Shown here one piece after another: positions 28,135 through 38,685 of a stretch of DNA of 39,596 nucleotides. A program made the position numbers and the translations under genes. The notes below the pieces were generated by a model. The model did no database searches and was not told the origin of the DNA. It saw only the letters and a program-made list of their open reading frames with translations. Source of the DNA: a virus (Duplodnaviria; Caudoviricetes); the IMG/VR virus record IMGVR_UViG_3300021560_000031, positions 1 to 39,596 of that record; one strand, 5' to 3'. Each line of letters starts with the position of its first letter. Positions within the stretch are counted from its first letter, which is position 1.

Positions 28135-29776
28135 TTTGTATTTTCTCCAGCGGACTACCTCCCTGTGGACGCTGGCTCGCCGAACGCACCATAGGTGATA
28201 GGTTCTTGGCACCTTCCGTCGCATCCATCATATCCTGCTTCTGCTTCTCTTCCTCCATCGCCTGCTGCTTCTGTTGACGTATCTGCTGTACCTGCGCAGC
28301 ATCTCTGATGGCCTTACTCGGAATTCCTAGGACTTCGGCAGAATGTCGAGCAAGTTCATCAAAGTCAATCACATCAATTACATCCTGATCGAGTTTAGCC
28401 AGGGGCTCCATCACCTGTTCATACTGTTGAACCGCAGTGAGATCTGAGGATCTTTGTGCTCTTGCAAGAGGCCCTTCATATTGGATACGGAGTCCAATCG
28501 GCTTGCTTTGGAGTGATTGTATGAGTACATCAGGTAACGGATTGAACAATCCGGCTCGGTACATGATCTTAAATGTACGGTCAATAAGAGGCGATGCAAA
28601 CTCCGTATCAATCCGTCCAAGCGTAGGACCAAGAATTCGTTGCATGGTGTCATAACGGACATTGACCTCAGTCGCTGTCATCTGCGGTCCGATGTTCAGC
28701 TGTAGTTGATCAATATAATAAATCCCATGAATTGAATTACGTAAGTCTTCTTTCTTAAGATTGACTACTTCATATTTACCGGTGGTATCAATTGGAAATA
28801 GACTGTCACGACCAGATTTCAACATGGTGATACCACCGGGTATCATCCTAGCAGGTCCAATCACTTCTCCTTGTACTACTCCTAATGGTGGATCAACATT
28901 CTTAGCCAAATTCCGCAATTCCATCTCGGTCATTTTATTTAAAGTTCTGATATCAGGAAGTGCAGTATGACTTGGCCCCCTTCCATAAGTTTCATCCGAG
29001 TATTTAGTCCATCTCGGAACCATATAGGGAAATTCGTAGTATCCTTTAGTGGAGAGTATAGTCTTGGTCTTATATAGTATGTATGTTGAATCCCAGCTAT
29101 ACTCCTTTTTATTTCCAGCTTGTCGAGGTACCACAGCATGAATCACCTCAAACAATTCGTCCGGTTTTGGATAGTCTCTAAATTCCTCTGGTAGACTACT
29201 TTGCCATTTGCCTTTAATAGCATGAAAAGACATGGGTATTGTTCTAAATACTGTATCAACTCGATTATCTGCGCCTTCTGCCACGCAAAATTTTTGGATA
29301 GGAACTGCAGAGAAACGTAAGCCTCCCCACCAGCCTCGTTCTTGAGCTTCTTCTTCATAAAGACAACCAGTGCCAAAAGTAGTCATATCGATGTATAATT
29401 CATGGCCTTCGGCATTGAAATTAGATTTATTCAATTCCACCCGCATCCGATTATTAACCGCATCTAGCCAATTTCTTACTGTATGATTCTCTTCTAAGTC
29501 CTCGTCAACAAGAGTAAGAGCAAACCACTTGGTAAATGATGGCGTAAGTGTGCCATGTATAGCACTTGCCAGCATTTCCATATCATGAGGGGCAGTAGAA
29601 TCAAAAAGACGCTGAGTACGCTTATACCCAGGAATGCGCTGAACAGCAATAGAATTCTTACGAGGTAAGATATAATCAGCAAGTTCCTGCCACTCTGTCC
29701 ACCAAATGGTTTGTACCGCCAATAGCTGTTGATACTGGTAGAGCAGTTCCTGAATTCTTTCGTCTTCTACCGCCAT
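28100..29776 (-). CDS. Portal (head-tail connector) protein
   Basis: WQELADYILP, FDSTA, FGTG, PRW....E.YGRGP...LPD, MTATEV, LGP...R; ATG 29776 with SD GAGG. Confidence 0.95.
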   Translation of the reverse strand: MAVEDERIQELLYQYQQLLAVQTIWWTEWQELADYILPRKNSIAVQRIPGYKRTQRLFDSTAPHDMEMLASAIHGTLTPSFTKWFALTLVDEDLEENHTVRNWLDAVNNRMRVELNKSNFNAEGHELYIDMTTFGTGCLYEEEAQERGWWGGLRFSAVPIQKFCVAEGADNRVDTVFRTIPMSFHAIKGKWQSSLPEEFRDYPKPDELFEVIHAVVPRQAGNKKEYSWDSTYILYKTKTILSTKGYYEFPYMVPRWTKYSDETYGRGPSHTALPDIRTLNKMTEMELRNLAKNVDPPLGVVQGEVIGPARMIPGGITMLKSGRDSLFPIDTTGKYEVVNLKKEDLRNSIHGIYYIDQLQLNIGPQMTATEVNVRYDTMQRILGPTLGRIDTEFASPLIDRTFKIMYRAGLFNPLPDVLIQSLQSKPIGLRIQYEGPLARAQRSSDLTAVQQYEQVMEPLAKLDQDVIDVIDFDELARHSAEVLGIPSKAIRDAAQVQQIRQQKQQAMEEEKQKQDMMDATEGAKNLSPMVRSASQRPQGGSPLEKIQNAGSERGQGRA

Positions 29777-29875
29777 GTCCTCAAAATCATCCGACAGTCG
29801 TAGCAAATTTCTCGGTATTCACGCAACTGGTTGGTTATCCAAGTCACGTGAATAAAACGATTAGAATGCTGACAA

Positions 29876-30112
29876 CTACTTGTCATCGCCATGGGTCAAC
29901 TCCCCAGGATTTCGTGGACCAGCTGATCCAGTGGTAGTTTTGACCATGCAATCTCTGGCAGGTTTAGGCACTGACATCTGGGACTCACCACCAGATACCA
30001 TTCCAACCCGACCGGAACCAGACATACTACTTTTCTGACCCGATTCGACTCCTGGATTATAGTAATTCGGTTGCCGATGTTGTCCATCATTACCTGAGTC
30101 CACTATTGACAT
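29876..30112 (-). CDS. Hypothetical low-complexity protein, 78 aa
   Basis: SD AGGAG; Gly/Ser-rich. Confidence 0.6.
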   Translation of the reverse strand: MSIVDSGNDGQHRQPNYYNPGVESGQKSSMSGSGRVGMVSGGESQMSVPKPARDCMVKTTTGSAGPRNPGELTHGDDK

Positions 30113-30208
30113 TGAATTCTCCTAAGCGGATGGCTAGGCCATTCCGCCAATGATGGAAGATGATGCCAGGGGGAGGGGTTATCATCTTGCTTCCTAGCCA
30201 TCCACGCC

Positions 30209-30478
30209 TTATCTAATCGGAGCCTGTATTGGCGGATGTAACAAACCAGTATCTCCAGTTGAACGGGGTTGAGGACCTATTTTAGTTTTGGGCAAGGTCT
30301 CTCCAATATAAGGATAAGGTATTACCGGACCGAGTGAATTAGGATTAACTGGAGCTATTACGGTTGATTGTGGCATAGGTTGTTTAGATCCAGGAGTATA
30401 ATAAGGAGCAAAATGTGGAGTTGGTACTGAGGTTTGTGCCAACAATAACAAGAAAAGCAATGGCCAAAGCTTTTTCAT
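30209..30478 (-). CDS. Pro-rich protein with N-terminal signal peptide, 89 aa
   Basis: MKKLWPLLFLLLLAQ; TAATG coupling. Confidence 0.65.
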   Translation of the reverse strand: MKKLWPLLFLLLLAQTSVPTPHFAPYYTPGSKQPMPQSTVIAPVNPNSLGPVIPYPYIGETLPKTKIGPQPRSTGDTGLLHPPIQAPIR

Positions 30479-30669
30479 TATTCCCCCGTGAGCTTATGAC
30501 TCGAAGTTGGTCCCGATGGATTCTTATAGCCAAACATTGCCGCAACCAGTCCTTGTCTTCTGCCCAATTGCTGCAATTGAGCCTGTAAGGTAGTATTCTG
30601 GGGTGGAGGTGTTGGTGGTGCTGGTAACGGTGGTTTTGGTATCTGTGGTTTGGCAAAAAGTTGGCTCAT
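30478..30669 (-). CDS. Small Pro-rich pre-portal virion protein
   Basis: MS.LF.KP..P.PP.P.PP ... RR.G ... KL.G pattern typical of this podovirus position. Confidence 0.7.
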   Translation of the reverse strand: MSQLFAKPQIPKPPLPAPPTPPPQNTTLQAQLQQLGRRQGLVAAMFGYKNPSGPTSSHKLTGE

Positions 30670-30815
30670 TTAACCGGCCCACCTGGGGGTTTAGGCGTTG
30701 GAGTCGAAACTGGACTCGGACTGGAACCATTAGGCGTAGGAATGCCATTGGGGCCAATCACGTCAGTTACAAGCAGCCATGACCCAATTAGTACCATTAC
30801 AAAAGCCCAACGCAT
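30666..30815 (-). CDS. Unannotated 49-aa protein with hydrophobic N-terminus and Pro-rich tail
   Basis: [49 protein letters not shown]; ATGA coupling to the next gene; overlaps the upstream gene end by 53 nt. Confidence 0.45.
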   Translation of the reverse strand: MRWAFVMVLIGSWLLVTDVIGPNGIPTPNGSSPSPVSTPTPKPPGGPVK

Positions 30816-33800
30816 TTTTAGTTCCACCACCGGTTATAGTTGCACTAAAGGCACAGGCCGTATTATCATCGCTAACTGCGCATTGATCGCCTTTATTATT
30901 GGCTCCACAGGGACCACAATTAGCAAAGACTTTAGGTAATGTCCCACCGAAAGACGGATAGGGCGAAATTCCTATCCAGGCCACATGATAAGCCGCAGTA
31001 GCACTCGGAAATGAAAAACATAACTGACCACCAGAGAATCCGGTAGCTCCAGTTAAATCAGCGTCGGCTCCAAATATCTGCCAAGTAGTAGTCAAGGCAG
31101 CACTAAAAGTACCAAAGGTATGAGTATTATTAAAATCAATTAAAAGTGGTGAAACCGTCAAGGTTCCCGTGGGTACTCTCGCCTTCATCCACATACGTAC
31201 TCTGGTATTAGGGACATTAGTAGGTGAAGTCAATTGACGGCCTAGATAAGTACAGATATAGTTAGTATTACTAGCCGGAATTGCTACATACCAACCCCCA
31301 GGGTTAGGTGTAGCTCCAGCATCCTGAGCATAAACCGGTCCAGGCGAATACCATCCAGCGTCTCGACCGGAAATATATAAATCATCGGCGTTATTATAAG
31401 GAGTATCACCATTACCCTTCAGCCAATCACCAGTCTGAGAAAAGGCCGGAAAAAATCGAGTAGTATTTTGGATTATCTCCGAACGATCTCCCATCTGACC
31501 CCAGGTAGTCTGAGCCGTATTAGTCTGTGAATTAGCCGACTGCGTCGAGACATAATTACCGAAACCACTATCAACAACATTAACTCCGGTATTATAGTTG
31601 GATTGGAGTTTAATCTTATTATTATAGCCAGTTACCGTAAATGAATTAATCGAACCATTGCCTACCGTAACATTTAATAACTGAGATTGACTAGCATCCC
31701 ACTGAAATACTCCAGATTGATTTGGATTAAAATTTTCAATCTGATGCCAGAAACCAGTAAATAATGAGGTTATCCCGGTACCAGTGGCACCACCTTCGGA
31801 GAATCCACCGTTAATATTCCAGCTATTGCCATACTTTCTACCACAATTCTGAGTACAGCCCTGTAAATTAAAGACGGACACCTGATTAGTCCCGTTGATA
31901 TATAGTTGAGGATTAATAAAAGCAAGGCCATTGGCCGTATGATAGCCAAAGGCAATCGCCGAAGAAATTAACAAATTAATATAAGTATTGAAATCAGGAG
32001 CTTCGACGAAGGTACTAGTATTTTGTCCTGCCGGTGGAAAGGTGCCCCAGATACCCCATTGCGTACCAGTAATATTTAAACCCTTAAATACCGAATCATA
32101 AATACCATTCTGGTCAAATATACCACAGGTAGCATTACTCTGCAGATTACCCGTAGTCGAAATCATCACATCATCTAATTGCATGTGATTGGGTGCAGTC
32201 TGCTGCTGACTGGGATTAGCCCAAGCCGCAGTATTGCCATCGGATAGAGGCAAGGCTATAGCACAATTACCAATAGTATTAGTAGTAGTCTGACCAGGAA
32301 CTGGTGCTGCTATGTATACCTTAGCCGATGGACCAACGGTGGTTCCAGCGTTGCCGGCTAGAGTAACATGTTGTAGATCAGTCACAGTTGAAATAGTCGA
32401 ATCTAAATTACCTCCGGCTGCTCCTGCTCCATAGACTCTAATCGCAGCACCCTTTTCACCAGGAGTAAATAAACCCTGAGCAGTACATGAAAGTGCTGCG
32501 GTACCGGTAGTAATCGAACAATCGTAAGCACTTCGACCGGGTAGGCGATTAGGAAAACTACCAGAGGCATTAACGCTATCATTTAGTAATAAAGCACAGT
32601 GTTCGATGCGAGAATTTAAATTAAAACTATAGGAAGTAGTCTTAGGATCAGGTGAGACTAAGATATCAGAACTAGCCTTACCTTTAAGGACAGTGTTACC
32701 GGCATTTCCTCCAGTAAATGAACCTTCACAGATTATGTTCTGGCCAGTCCAAGTGATTGGCCCGGTGATGTAAGTCCCCTTAGGTATATAAACGGTGCCG
32801 GTCGAACCTGCTGCGGTAAAAGCCGAATTCAAAGCAGTAGTATTATCGGTAGAATTATCTCCAACAGCACCATACGGTGCCGAAGTGACAATCACCATCT
32901 GATTATCACTAGGACCGATTGGGCCAGTGGCCCCGGTTAAACCAGTAGGACCTAGCGGACCAGTAGGACCCTGCAATCCAACCGGACCAGCAGCACCAGT
33001 TAAACCAGTCGGACCTATTGGACCAGCAGCTCCCGAAGCACCAGCCGGACCAACACCACCGACTGGACCAGTGGCACCTGCCGGACCAGCAGATCCAGTT
33101 ACACCAGTGGCACCTGCCGGACCAGCAGCACCCACAGGACCAGCCGGACCGGTGGCTCCAGTTACACCAGTGGGACCAGCAGGGCCAGTGGCACCTACTC
33201 CGGTAGGACCAGCCGGACCAACTACACCGGTGGCTCCAATTGGACCAGTGGCACCAACCGGACCAGCCGGGCCTAAAGCACCAGCAGGGCCAGTGGCACC
33301 GGTTATCCCAGTAGGACCAACCGGACCCTGAGTACCAACTCCAATAGGGCCAGTGGCACCAATCAGGCCTGTGGCTCCAACCGGACCAGTAGCTCCAGCA
33401 GGACCAGTAGCTCCAGCAGGACCTACCGGACCAGCAGCACCCGTGGCCCCAACAGGACCAATCGTACCAACTCCAGTCGGACCAGTAACACCGGTAGCTC
33501 CGGTTATTCCGGTAGCTCCGGTTATTCCGGTAGCACCAATCGGTCCAGTAGATCCATTTGGACCAGTTGAACCTGGTGGACCAGTGGGACCAGTAGCTCC
33601 ATTGGCTCCGGTCAATCCATTAGGTCCTCCCGGTCCAGTTGAACCTGGAGGTCCCGGAGGCCCCATCGGACCAGTGGGTCCAGGAGGTCCAGGGACTCCA
33701 CCACCCCCAGGGTTTTGTAACCAAAATTGGCCTGACCATTTTTCCGGACAGGTATAAGATCCACCGCCAGCCTCGATCACTCCAGCCGTACAGGAGGTAG

Positions 33801-33957
33801 CATCGGTAATAACATACTGCTGTCCAATATACTGACCGGGGAAGGGTAACTGTGCAAATACCAAGGCCAAAGCATGACCATACCACAGCAAGGCCCACAC
33901 TAGGGCCACCATAGTCATAGTCACACCAAGGGCAAAGTATCTGCGCTTAGAATTCAT
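30763..33957 (-). CDS. Signal-peptide collagen-like tailspike: long G-X-Y stalk plus beta-helix head
   Basis: MNSKRRY-hydrophobic-HALA; ~260-aa G-X-Y region; [18 protein letters not shown]...VYIPKGTY pectate-lyase-3-type motif. Confidence 0.8.
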   Translation of the reverse strand: MNSKRRYFALGVTMTMVALVWALLWYGHALALVFAQLPFPGQYIGQQYVITDATSCTAGVIEAGGGSYTCPEKWSGQFWLQNPGGGGVPGPPGPTGPMGPPGPPGSTGPGGPNGLTGANGATGPTGPPGSTGPNGSTGPIGATGITGATGITGATGVTGPTGVGTIGPVGATGAAGPVGPAGATGPAGATGPVGATGLIGATGPIGVGTQGPVGPTGITGATGPAGALGPAGPVGATGPIGATGVVGPAGPTGVGATGPAGPTGVTGATGPAGPVGAAGPAGATGVTGSAGPAGATGPVGGVGPAGASGAAGPIGPTGLTGAAGPVGLQGPTGPLGPTGLTGATGPIGPSDNQMVIVTSAPYGAVGDNSTDNTTALNSAFTAAGSTGTVYIPKGTYITGPITWTGQNIICEGSFTGGNAGNTVLKGKASSDILVSPDPKTTSYSFNLNSRIEHCALLLNDSVNASGSFPNRLPGRSAYDCSITTGTAALSCTAQGLFTPGEKGAAIRVYGAGAAGGNLDSTISTVTDLQHVTLAGNAGTTVGPSAKVYIAAPVPGQTTTNTIGNCAIALPLSDGNTAAWANPSQQQTAPNHMQLDDVMISTTGNLQSNATCGIFDQNGIYDSVFKGLNITGTQWGIWGTFPPAGQNTSTFVEAPDFNTYINLLISSAIAFGYHTANGLAFINPQLYINGTNQVSVFNLQGCTQNCGRKYGNSWNINGGFSEGGATGTGITSLFTGFWHQIENFNPNQSGVFQWDASQSQLLNVTVGNGSINSFTVTGYNNKIKLQSNYNTGVNVVDSGFGNYVSTQSANSQTNTAQTTWGQMGDRSEIIQNTTRFFPAFSQTGDWLKGNGDTPYNNADDLYISGRDAGWYSPGPVYAQDAGATPNPGGWYVAIPASNTNYICTYLGRQLTSPTNVPNTRVRMWMKARVPTGTLTVSPLLIDFNNTHTFGTFSAALTTTWQIFGADADLTGATGFSGGQLCFSFPSATAAYHVAWIGISPYPSFGGTLPKVFANCGPCGANNKGDQCAVSDDNTACAFSATITGGGTKNALGFCNGTNWVMAACN

Positions 33958-36338
33958 TTTACAGTACTAGTCGGACATAGATTAAGAACTTTATCTCCGG
34001 CATTAGCAAACTGTTGCAAATAATTCAGTCCAGTGTTATAAGATAGATAAAAAGGATCGGCAGTGTCACAGCCCATCGTTGTGTTATTGGAGCTATAGCC
34101 CAACTGATAGGCCGTCTTGTTGACACTGCCGTTGACACCAGTACAGCGATTGCCTTGGACTCTCGAACCAGAACGAGACTCAGCTATACAAACACTATTC
34201 GATTGCAGATAATCAAATTGATTATTTTCAATATCGCAATTACCATCACAGATAGCCCCGAAAGCTCCAGTAGCCGAACCAATATTCTTCATCGTGGTAT
34301 AGTTGCCAGCAACGTAAGTCTGTGCCCACAAAACACCCTCACCGTAGATATTGCCAGCGATGCCTAGAGTAGAATCCTGAATTGACCAGTTATTGCCATT
34401 CGAGGTAAAAAAGGTGCCATGTGGCTGCACTAGGGTCTTAGCATCGCCTCCAACTGAGGAGCCTCCCTGCGGATCAATAAATGAAAACGAATTACCAAAT
34501 ACCGATGATACTACCCAATTACCGTTCTGACTATTATTATTGCCCCCATTCGAGGTTCTCTCCACATAAATCTGTTGACCTACGATAAATGGTGCTGCCG
34601 TTGCGGTGGTGCAAGTGACAGTCTGACCCGATGCGGAACATGAGACCAGATTGATCCACATTCCATTACTAATATCATCAGTGCTATAATAACCCATATC
34701 GGAAATATATGGATTGGTAATACTAAGTCCCTGAATATAACCACCACTGCCTTGGTTACCCCAGTTCGGTAAACCATCGGGACAAAGCGCTCCCCAAGAA
34801 TTCTCGAAGACCCAGGTGTTAAAGGTTATATTAGCACTACCTCCACTGAAGCCAACTTCGCACGAGGTTCTAGGTCCAGGCCAGATCTGCCAACCACCAG
34901 AGTATTTAATACCCATGATGACGCCATTGACCGAGTTACCAAAATCGACATTCTGTTCGGTATTCTGAAAGGTCCCACTAATTGAACCACCACCGTCACC
35001 CCAAACAATACCTCGATGATTAGATGAACCAGGAGCCCCTGCCCAATAATTTTCTAGGTTGAGTGGAGTCCAGGTCCCCGACCAGATCATGGCAATACAA
35101 TCGGCGACACTGGACTGACTCCATATCGTAAAATTATTGCCAGTATTAACCGAGGGTCCATTGATATGAATCTGACCACCATTGTCTCGGGTACAGTAGG
35201 TGGCATCACCCCAACCGAAGGGCTTCAGGTTGGTAGACCAGACACCCATCCCCTCAATATCCAGGCTATTAATATTGGGCTGGGTTAGATCCCACTTAGA
35301 AAATAGCCAGTTACCAGCCCCAAAACGGATACGACAGCCAGAACCAGGCTGGTTATGGCAATATTGATCCACAGCATCAAGAGCAGGCTTATTGTCGTGG
35401 CCAACAACAACAGCACCGGTAACTGATGGAGCAGTAGACACCACCAGATTGGCTCCGGACATCGAAGTGACCTTACTAAACCAAGAAGCATTGAGATCGG
35501 TATCGGGTGGTGAATTAGGTATTTGAGGATCGGTTATGTGGCGTAATCCCCAATCAACATAACCTCGGCCAGCATTAACAATCGAAGCCCCATTATTAAC
35601 TACTGGATCGTTAATCCAAACCAATCGAGCAGGGAACCAAGACTGATTATTGATCGACTCATAGAAGAGATAACCTGCGGCGTTAGGGACAGGGGTGCCT
35701 TCGTAAACCAACACGGGGGTCGTTAGCGTTGGAAAAACGAAGGCAGCCCCTGCTACGGTGGTGGGTGGGCTTGCGTGGCTAATACTACCATCGGTATCGA
35801 CTACCGAAACTCTCACACTAATTGAATTGGGTCCTGCTGGAACTGAATTTAAAGCATAACAAACGTCTTCTGGCGTATGATCGTCCCAAAATTGATATTG
35901 ACCGTTACTCACAGAGTACGATTCAGGTGAATAGGCTCCTCCCGTAGTCTTATTATACAGCGGTTCATTATTTCGGTCGAAAAACATCCCAATATCGGCA
36001 GCCCAACCAAGCGCGACATACGGCGAAGCTTGATTTATTAAGCTACATTTGCCTATCAACACATTGGGGGGAGCGATGGCAATCGCCGTACATGGTGTGC
36101 TGCCGATATGGCATGGTACTCCTAGATGAGCACCCCAAATCCCTTGATTAACTCCAAAATCAGTCCCGTTGGTAACTAAGGTGGTGGTGCCATTAGACTG
36201 CACCGTATAAAATTTATCCGACGGATTACCCCCGAAAGCCGGATCGGCCGGATCTATCAGGGTATTAGCCGCTAAGGCATTGGTGGCAAGTGCTGCTGCC
36301 AGACCCAACCAGATGGCGATGATATACTTCCCCACCAC
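33954..36338 (-). CDS. Signal-peptide beta-helix (tailspike-like) protein, 794 aa
   Basis: [23 protein letters not shown]; HDN..AL.A.......G..I.F.AG.W; Asn/Gly/Cys-rich repeats. Confidence 0.72.
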   Translation of the reverse strand: MVGKYIIAIWLGLAAALATNALAANTLIDPADPAFGGNPSDKFYTVQSNGTTTLVTNGTDFGVNQGIWGAHLGVPCHIGSTPCTAIAIAPPNVLIGKCSLINQASPYVALGWAADIGMFFDRNNEPLYNKTTGGAYSPESYSVSNGQYQFWDDHTPEDVCYALNSVPAGPNSISVRVSVVDTDGSISHASPPTTVAGAAFVFPTLTTPVLVYEGTPVPNAAGYLFYESINNQSWFPARLVWINDPVVNNGASIVNAGRGYVDWGLRHITDPQIPNSPPDTDLNASWFSKVTSMSGANLVVSTAPSVTGAVVVGHDNKPALDAVDQYCHNQPGSGCRIRFGAGNWLFSKWDLTQPNINSLDIEGMGVWSTNLKPFGWGDATYCTRDNGGQIHINGPSVNTGNNFTIWSQSSVADCIAMIWSGTWTPLNLENYWAGAPGSSNHRGIVWGDGGGSISGTFQNTEQNVDFGNSVNGVIMGIKYSGGWQIWPGPRTSCEVGFSGGSANITFNTWVFENSWGALCPDGLPNWGNQGSGGYIQGLSITNPYISDMGYYSTDDISNGMWINLVSCSASGQTVTCTTATAAPFIVGQQIYVERTSNGGNNNSQNGNWVVSSVFGNSFSFIDPQGGSSVGGDAKTLVQPHGTFFTSNGNNWSIQDSTLGIAGNIYGEGVLWAQTYVAGNYTTMKNIGSATGAFGAICDGNCDIENNQFDYLQSNSVCIAESRSGSRVQGNRCTGVNGSVNKTAYQLGYSSNNTTMGCDTADPFYLSYNTGLNYLQQFANAGDKVLNLCPTSTVK

Positions 36339-36405
36339 GGCTGATTATACTCCTGTAGGTTGTAGCACAGAAAAAAGTAAATTATGACAAACCAGAGGCA
36401 TATAA

Positions 36406-37896
36406 TTAAGTGTCTTCCACTAGGTTCCATTGGGGTCTGATGGTGTACAGTTGGTTACCCTCCCCAAACACATTAAAGTCGTTCTGTATCTCGACGGGAC
36501 GGAGACCCTGACCGATGAGATCGGTACCTCGGGGTTCCGGAAACAATTCGAAATCTCTGACATATTCAATCGGTCGTTCGTATTCAATACCCTCTGATTC
36601 AATTCCGTAACAGATATATCTAAAGGCATCGGCCCCATGTGACCATTTGTCATGGACCGGATTCCATTTGAAGTCCAGAGTTTTGTTATTAAAGTCCTTG
36701 TGATAGTTAATTAGGGCTCTAATTCCAAGATCGCACTTCTCCTTATCAAAGTGGCATCGGGGCATAATTGTTCTAGCGTAATCGATACCCTCTGATACAG
36801 ACAGTTTGGGTGTGACTTTAAAATAAATACCGAGATCTCTCGCAACTTCTCTTCGAGACCTGCCACTGGTAAACTCTCGTGTCTGGATGTCGTGCGGAGC
36901 CCAGTGATTTGAATATACGTAGGGTTTGTCTCTGACAATTTTGACATAGTGAGGCAAGCCTTGCGCGTTATTCTGGTAATAGTCAATCATGAAGATCTCT
37001 CGTCCGATCTTCTGAGCGAACCAGATGGCACATTGATCAGCAATTCCCAGGTCCCATCCGGTAAACACAGGATATTTGGGATCCCAGGAAACGGTTCTAA
37101 TCCGATTCCCCTTATACAGTTCAGCAATGAGTCTGCCGTAATATGAACCCTCTCGAAATCCGACGAAGCTGCAATAGTATTCCTGCTGTATGAGATCCTC
37201 GTCCATCCCTGATTTACGCTCTTCATCCAGGTCTTCCTCGCTCATCACTCGCTTGGGACTCTCTCCAGGTCCAAGTTCTGCCCGTTCGTCTGCGGAATCT
37301 CGTAGGGTGTCGTCAACGGTTTTGATGGACACAAACCACCCTTTGGCTCCTGACACGGCTTTTTCCCAGAGGAAGAAGGCGTGGTTTCTTCCTCTTGGAG
37401 TGAAAATGAAGGATGCCCAACCTCGATTCTCAGTAAGGATGGGGCGAATAAATTCCCATGCAGATGGATATTGCAAGCTATATTCACTATAGACCACACC
37501 AACGGGATTAGCACCAACAATGCGGTCCACATGGTCTGATCCTATCAGACGAAATATCGAACCATTGACCAACTGCACTTCCAGCCTTTGGTCATTTTTA
37601 TAGGCTACCAGCTCCTCCGGAAAGTGCTCCATGAATGGGTAGCCTTCATTCACTCCACTGCCTAAGCCTTCCCAAATAATCAAACGAGCCTGTTCATAGG
37701 TCGGCAATACATACCAATACATCCCCACGCGTTCCATCATCCGGCATATGGTGAAGTTCAACCAGGTCTTATCCTTCCCCGATCGCCGATGCCACACACT
37801 GACGAAGCGTCGGGCTCCACGGTTCCAGGCTTCAAACACCTCCTGCTGATAGGAGCGTGGGGTGTAATCATGGGGTAGTTCTATATTAAGCTCCAT
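36406..37896 (-). CDS. terL: Terminase large subunit
   Basis: PR.YQ, WHRRSGKD, VYSEY, FTPRG.NH, QQEYYCSF, WDLG..D, HGADAFRY. Confidence 0.95.
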   Translation of the reverse strand: MELNIELPHDYTPRSYQQEVFEAWNRGARRFVSVWHRRSGKDKTWLNFTICRMMERVGMYWYVLPTYEQARLIIWEGLGSGVNEGYPFMEHFPEELVAYKNDQRLEVQLVNGSIFRLIGSDHVDRIVGANPVGVVYSEYSLQYPSAWEFIRPILTENRGWASFIFTPRGRNHAFFLWEKAVSGAKGWFVSIKTVDDTLRDSADERAELGPGESPKRVMSEEDLDEERKSGMDEDLIQQEYYCSFVGFREGSYYGRLIAELYKGNRIRTVSWDPKYPVFTGWDLGIADQCAIWFAQKIGREIFMIDYYQNNAQGLPHYVKIVRDKPYVYSNHWAPHDIQTREFTSGRSRREVARDLGIYFKVTPKLSVSEGIDYARTIMPRCHFDKEKCDLGIRALINYHKDFNNKTLDFKWNPVHDKWSHGADAFRYICYGIESEGIEYERPIEYVRDFELFPEPRGTDLIGQGLRPVEIQNDFNVFGEGNQLYTIRPQWNLVEDT

Positions 37897-37902
37897 AGTT
37901 CA

Positions 37903-38016
37903 TCATTCGCTAGGCACAGTCTCCTTCCCTTCGCCCCCCGATTCAGTAGATTCCTCTTCGCGTATGTCTTTTGGTTCATCATCTTCAGGCTTTTCTTCTT
38001 TTTCTGGTTCTTCCAT
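37903..38016 (-). CDS. Unannotated 37-aa acidic microprotein MEEPEKEEKPEDDEPKDIREEESTESGGEGKETVPSE
   Basis: SD AAGGA; TAATG coupling to the terS-like gene; stop 6 nt before terL. Confidence 0.6.
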   Translation of the reverse strand: MEEPEKEEKPEDDEPKDIREEESTESGGEGKETVPSE

Positions 38017-38489
38017 TAGGTTATATCCTTTCCCTTTTCTGAGGCTTGCTTCAACACAAAGTCTTGATAGTCGAATTTTTTGTCCTCTTCTGGTACTAAG
38101 TCACCCTCTGTTTCGATGTCTTCTACTTCATCGTCAGCAGTAGATTCCTCTTCGCGTATGTCTTTGGATGATGCATATCCTGCAAGGGAGACTTTAATGT
38201 TAATCTCCTTGTCTTCCTTGGCTTGGATCTCTAATGAGCGAATCTGAGGATACACGTATTTAGCCAATTCCTGATGACAACGGAAGCGAAGGTCGTCTTT
38301 ATCAGTTAATATCGCGATTTTGGCGATTTCATAGAGTGGATCATAGTCATTAACACCCAGGTTATTAACGCGTTGTTTTAGGAAATGGGACAGGTTGGTT
38401 ATGTTTTCGAGGCCAAATTTGGTAATGGAAGACTCTGGGGCAGCCTTTTCATCACCTAACAGTAGTTTTGCCAATTTATTTCTGGGCAT
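38016..38489 (-). CDS. Probable terminase small subunit
   Basis: DPL..IA.IA......LR.....ELAKYV.P...S.E pattern; position upstream of terL. Confidence 0.7.
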   Translation of the reverse strand: MPRNKLAKLLLGDEKAAPESSITKFGLENITNLSHFLKQRVNNLGVNDYDPLYEIAKIAILTDKDDLRFRCHQELAKYVYPQIRSLEIQAKEDKEINIKVSLAGYASSKDIREEESTADDEVEDIETEGDLVPEEDKKFDYQDFVLKQASEKGKDIT

Positions 38490-38537
38490 AATAACCCCTT
38501 GTAAATTGACGCCTGAGGCATTCCAGTGAGAAGCTTG

Positions 38538-38575
38538 GGTTTGTAAGAGGTGGATAGGTTTGTAAGAGGTGGATA
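38538..38575. repeat. Tandem 19-bp duplication GGTTTGTAAGAGGTGGATA x2
   Basis: Directly visible; each copy includes a degenerate DnaA-box-like GGTGGATAG. Confidence 0.9.
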
Positions 38576-38634
38576 GGGTTGTGGTCAGCTATCCAGTAGA
38601 TTCTTCTTCGCGTATGTCTTGTGTTGTTGTAAGC

Positions 38635-38685
38635 TGTGGATAAGTTTTTTCGAATCAGGTTATTGGAAAGTTAGGCTGTGGATAA
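38635..38685 (-). promoter_or_regulatory. Two perfect DnaA boxes TTATCCACA
   Basis: TGTGGATAA at 38635-38643 and 38677-38685, 42 bp apart. Confidence 0.7.

Larger units (their letters stand above)
37944..38620. repeat. Dispersed 27-bp direct repeat CAGTAGATTCYTCTTCGCGTATGTCTT x3
   Basis: Copies at 37944-37970, 38138-38164 and 38594-38620 (one mismatch). Confidence 0.93.

Noticed and set aside
30128-30203. Hammerhead or HDV-like ribozyme
   Set aside because: No CUGANGA/GAAA core on either strand, and I could not build the nested double pseudoknot
32927-33757. Plus-strand Pro/Val/Gly ORFs (also 15335-16226)
   Set aside because: Antisense shadows of collagen G-X-Y codons
37944-38620. Mini-CRISPR made of the 27-bp repeats
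   Set aside because: Gaps are 167 and 429 bp, and two copies lie inside genes
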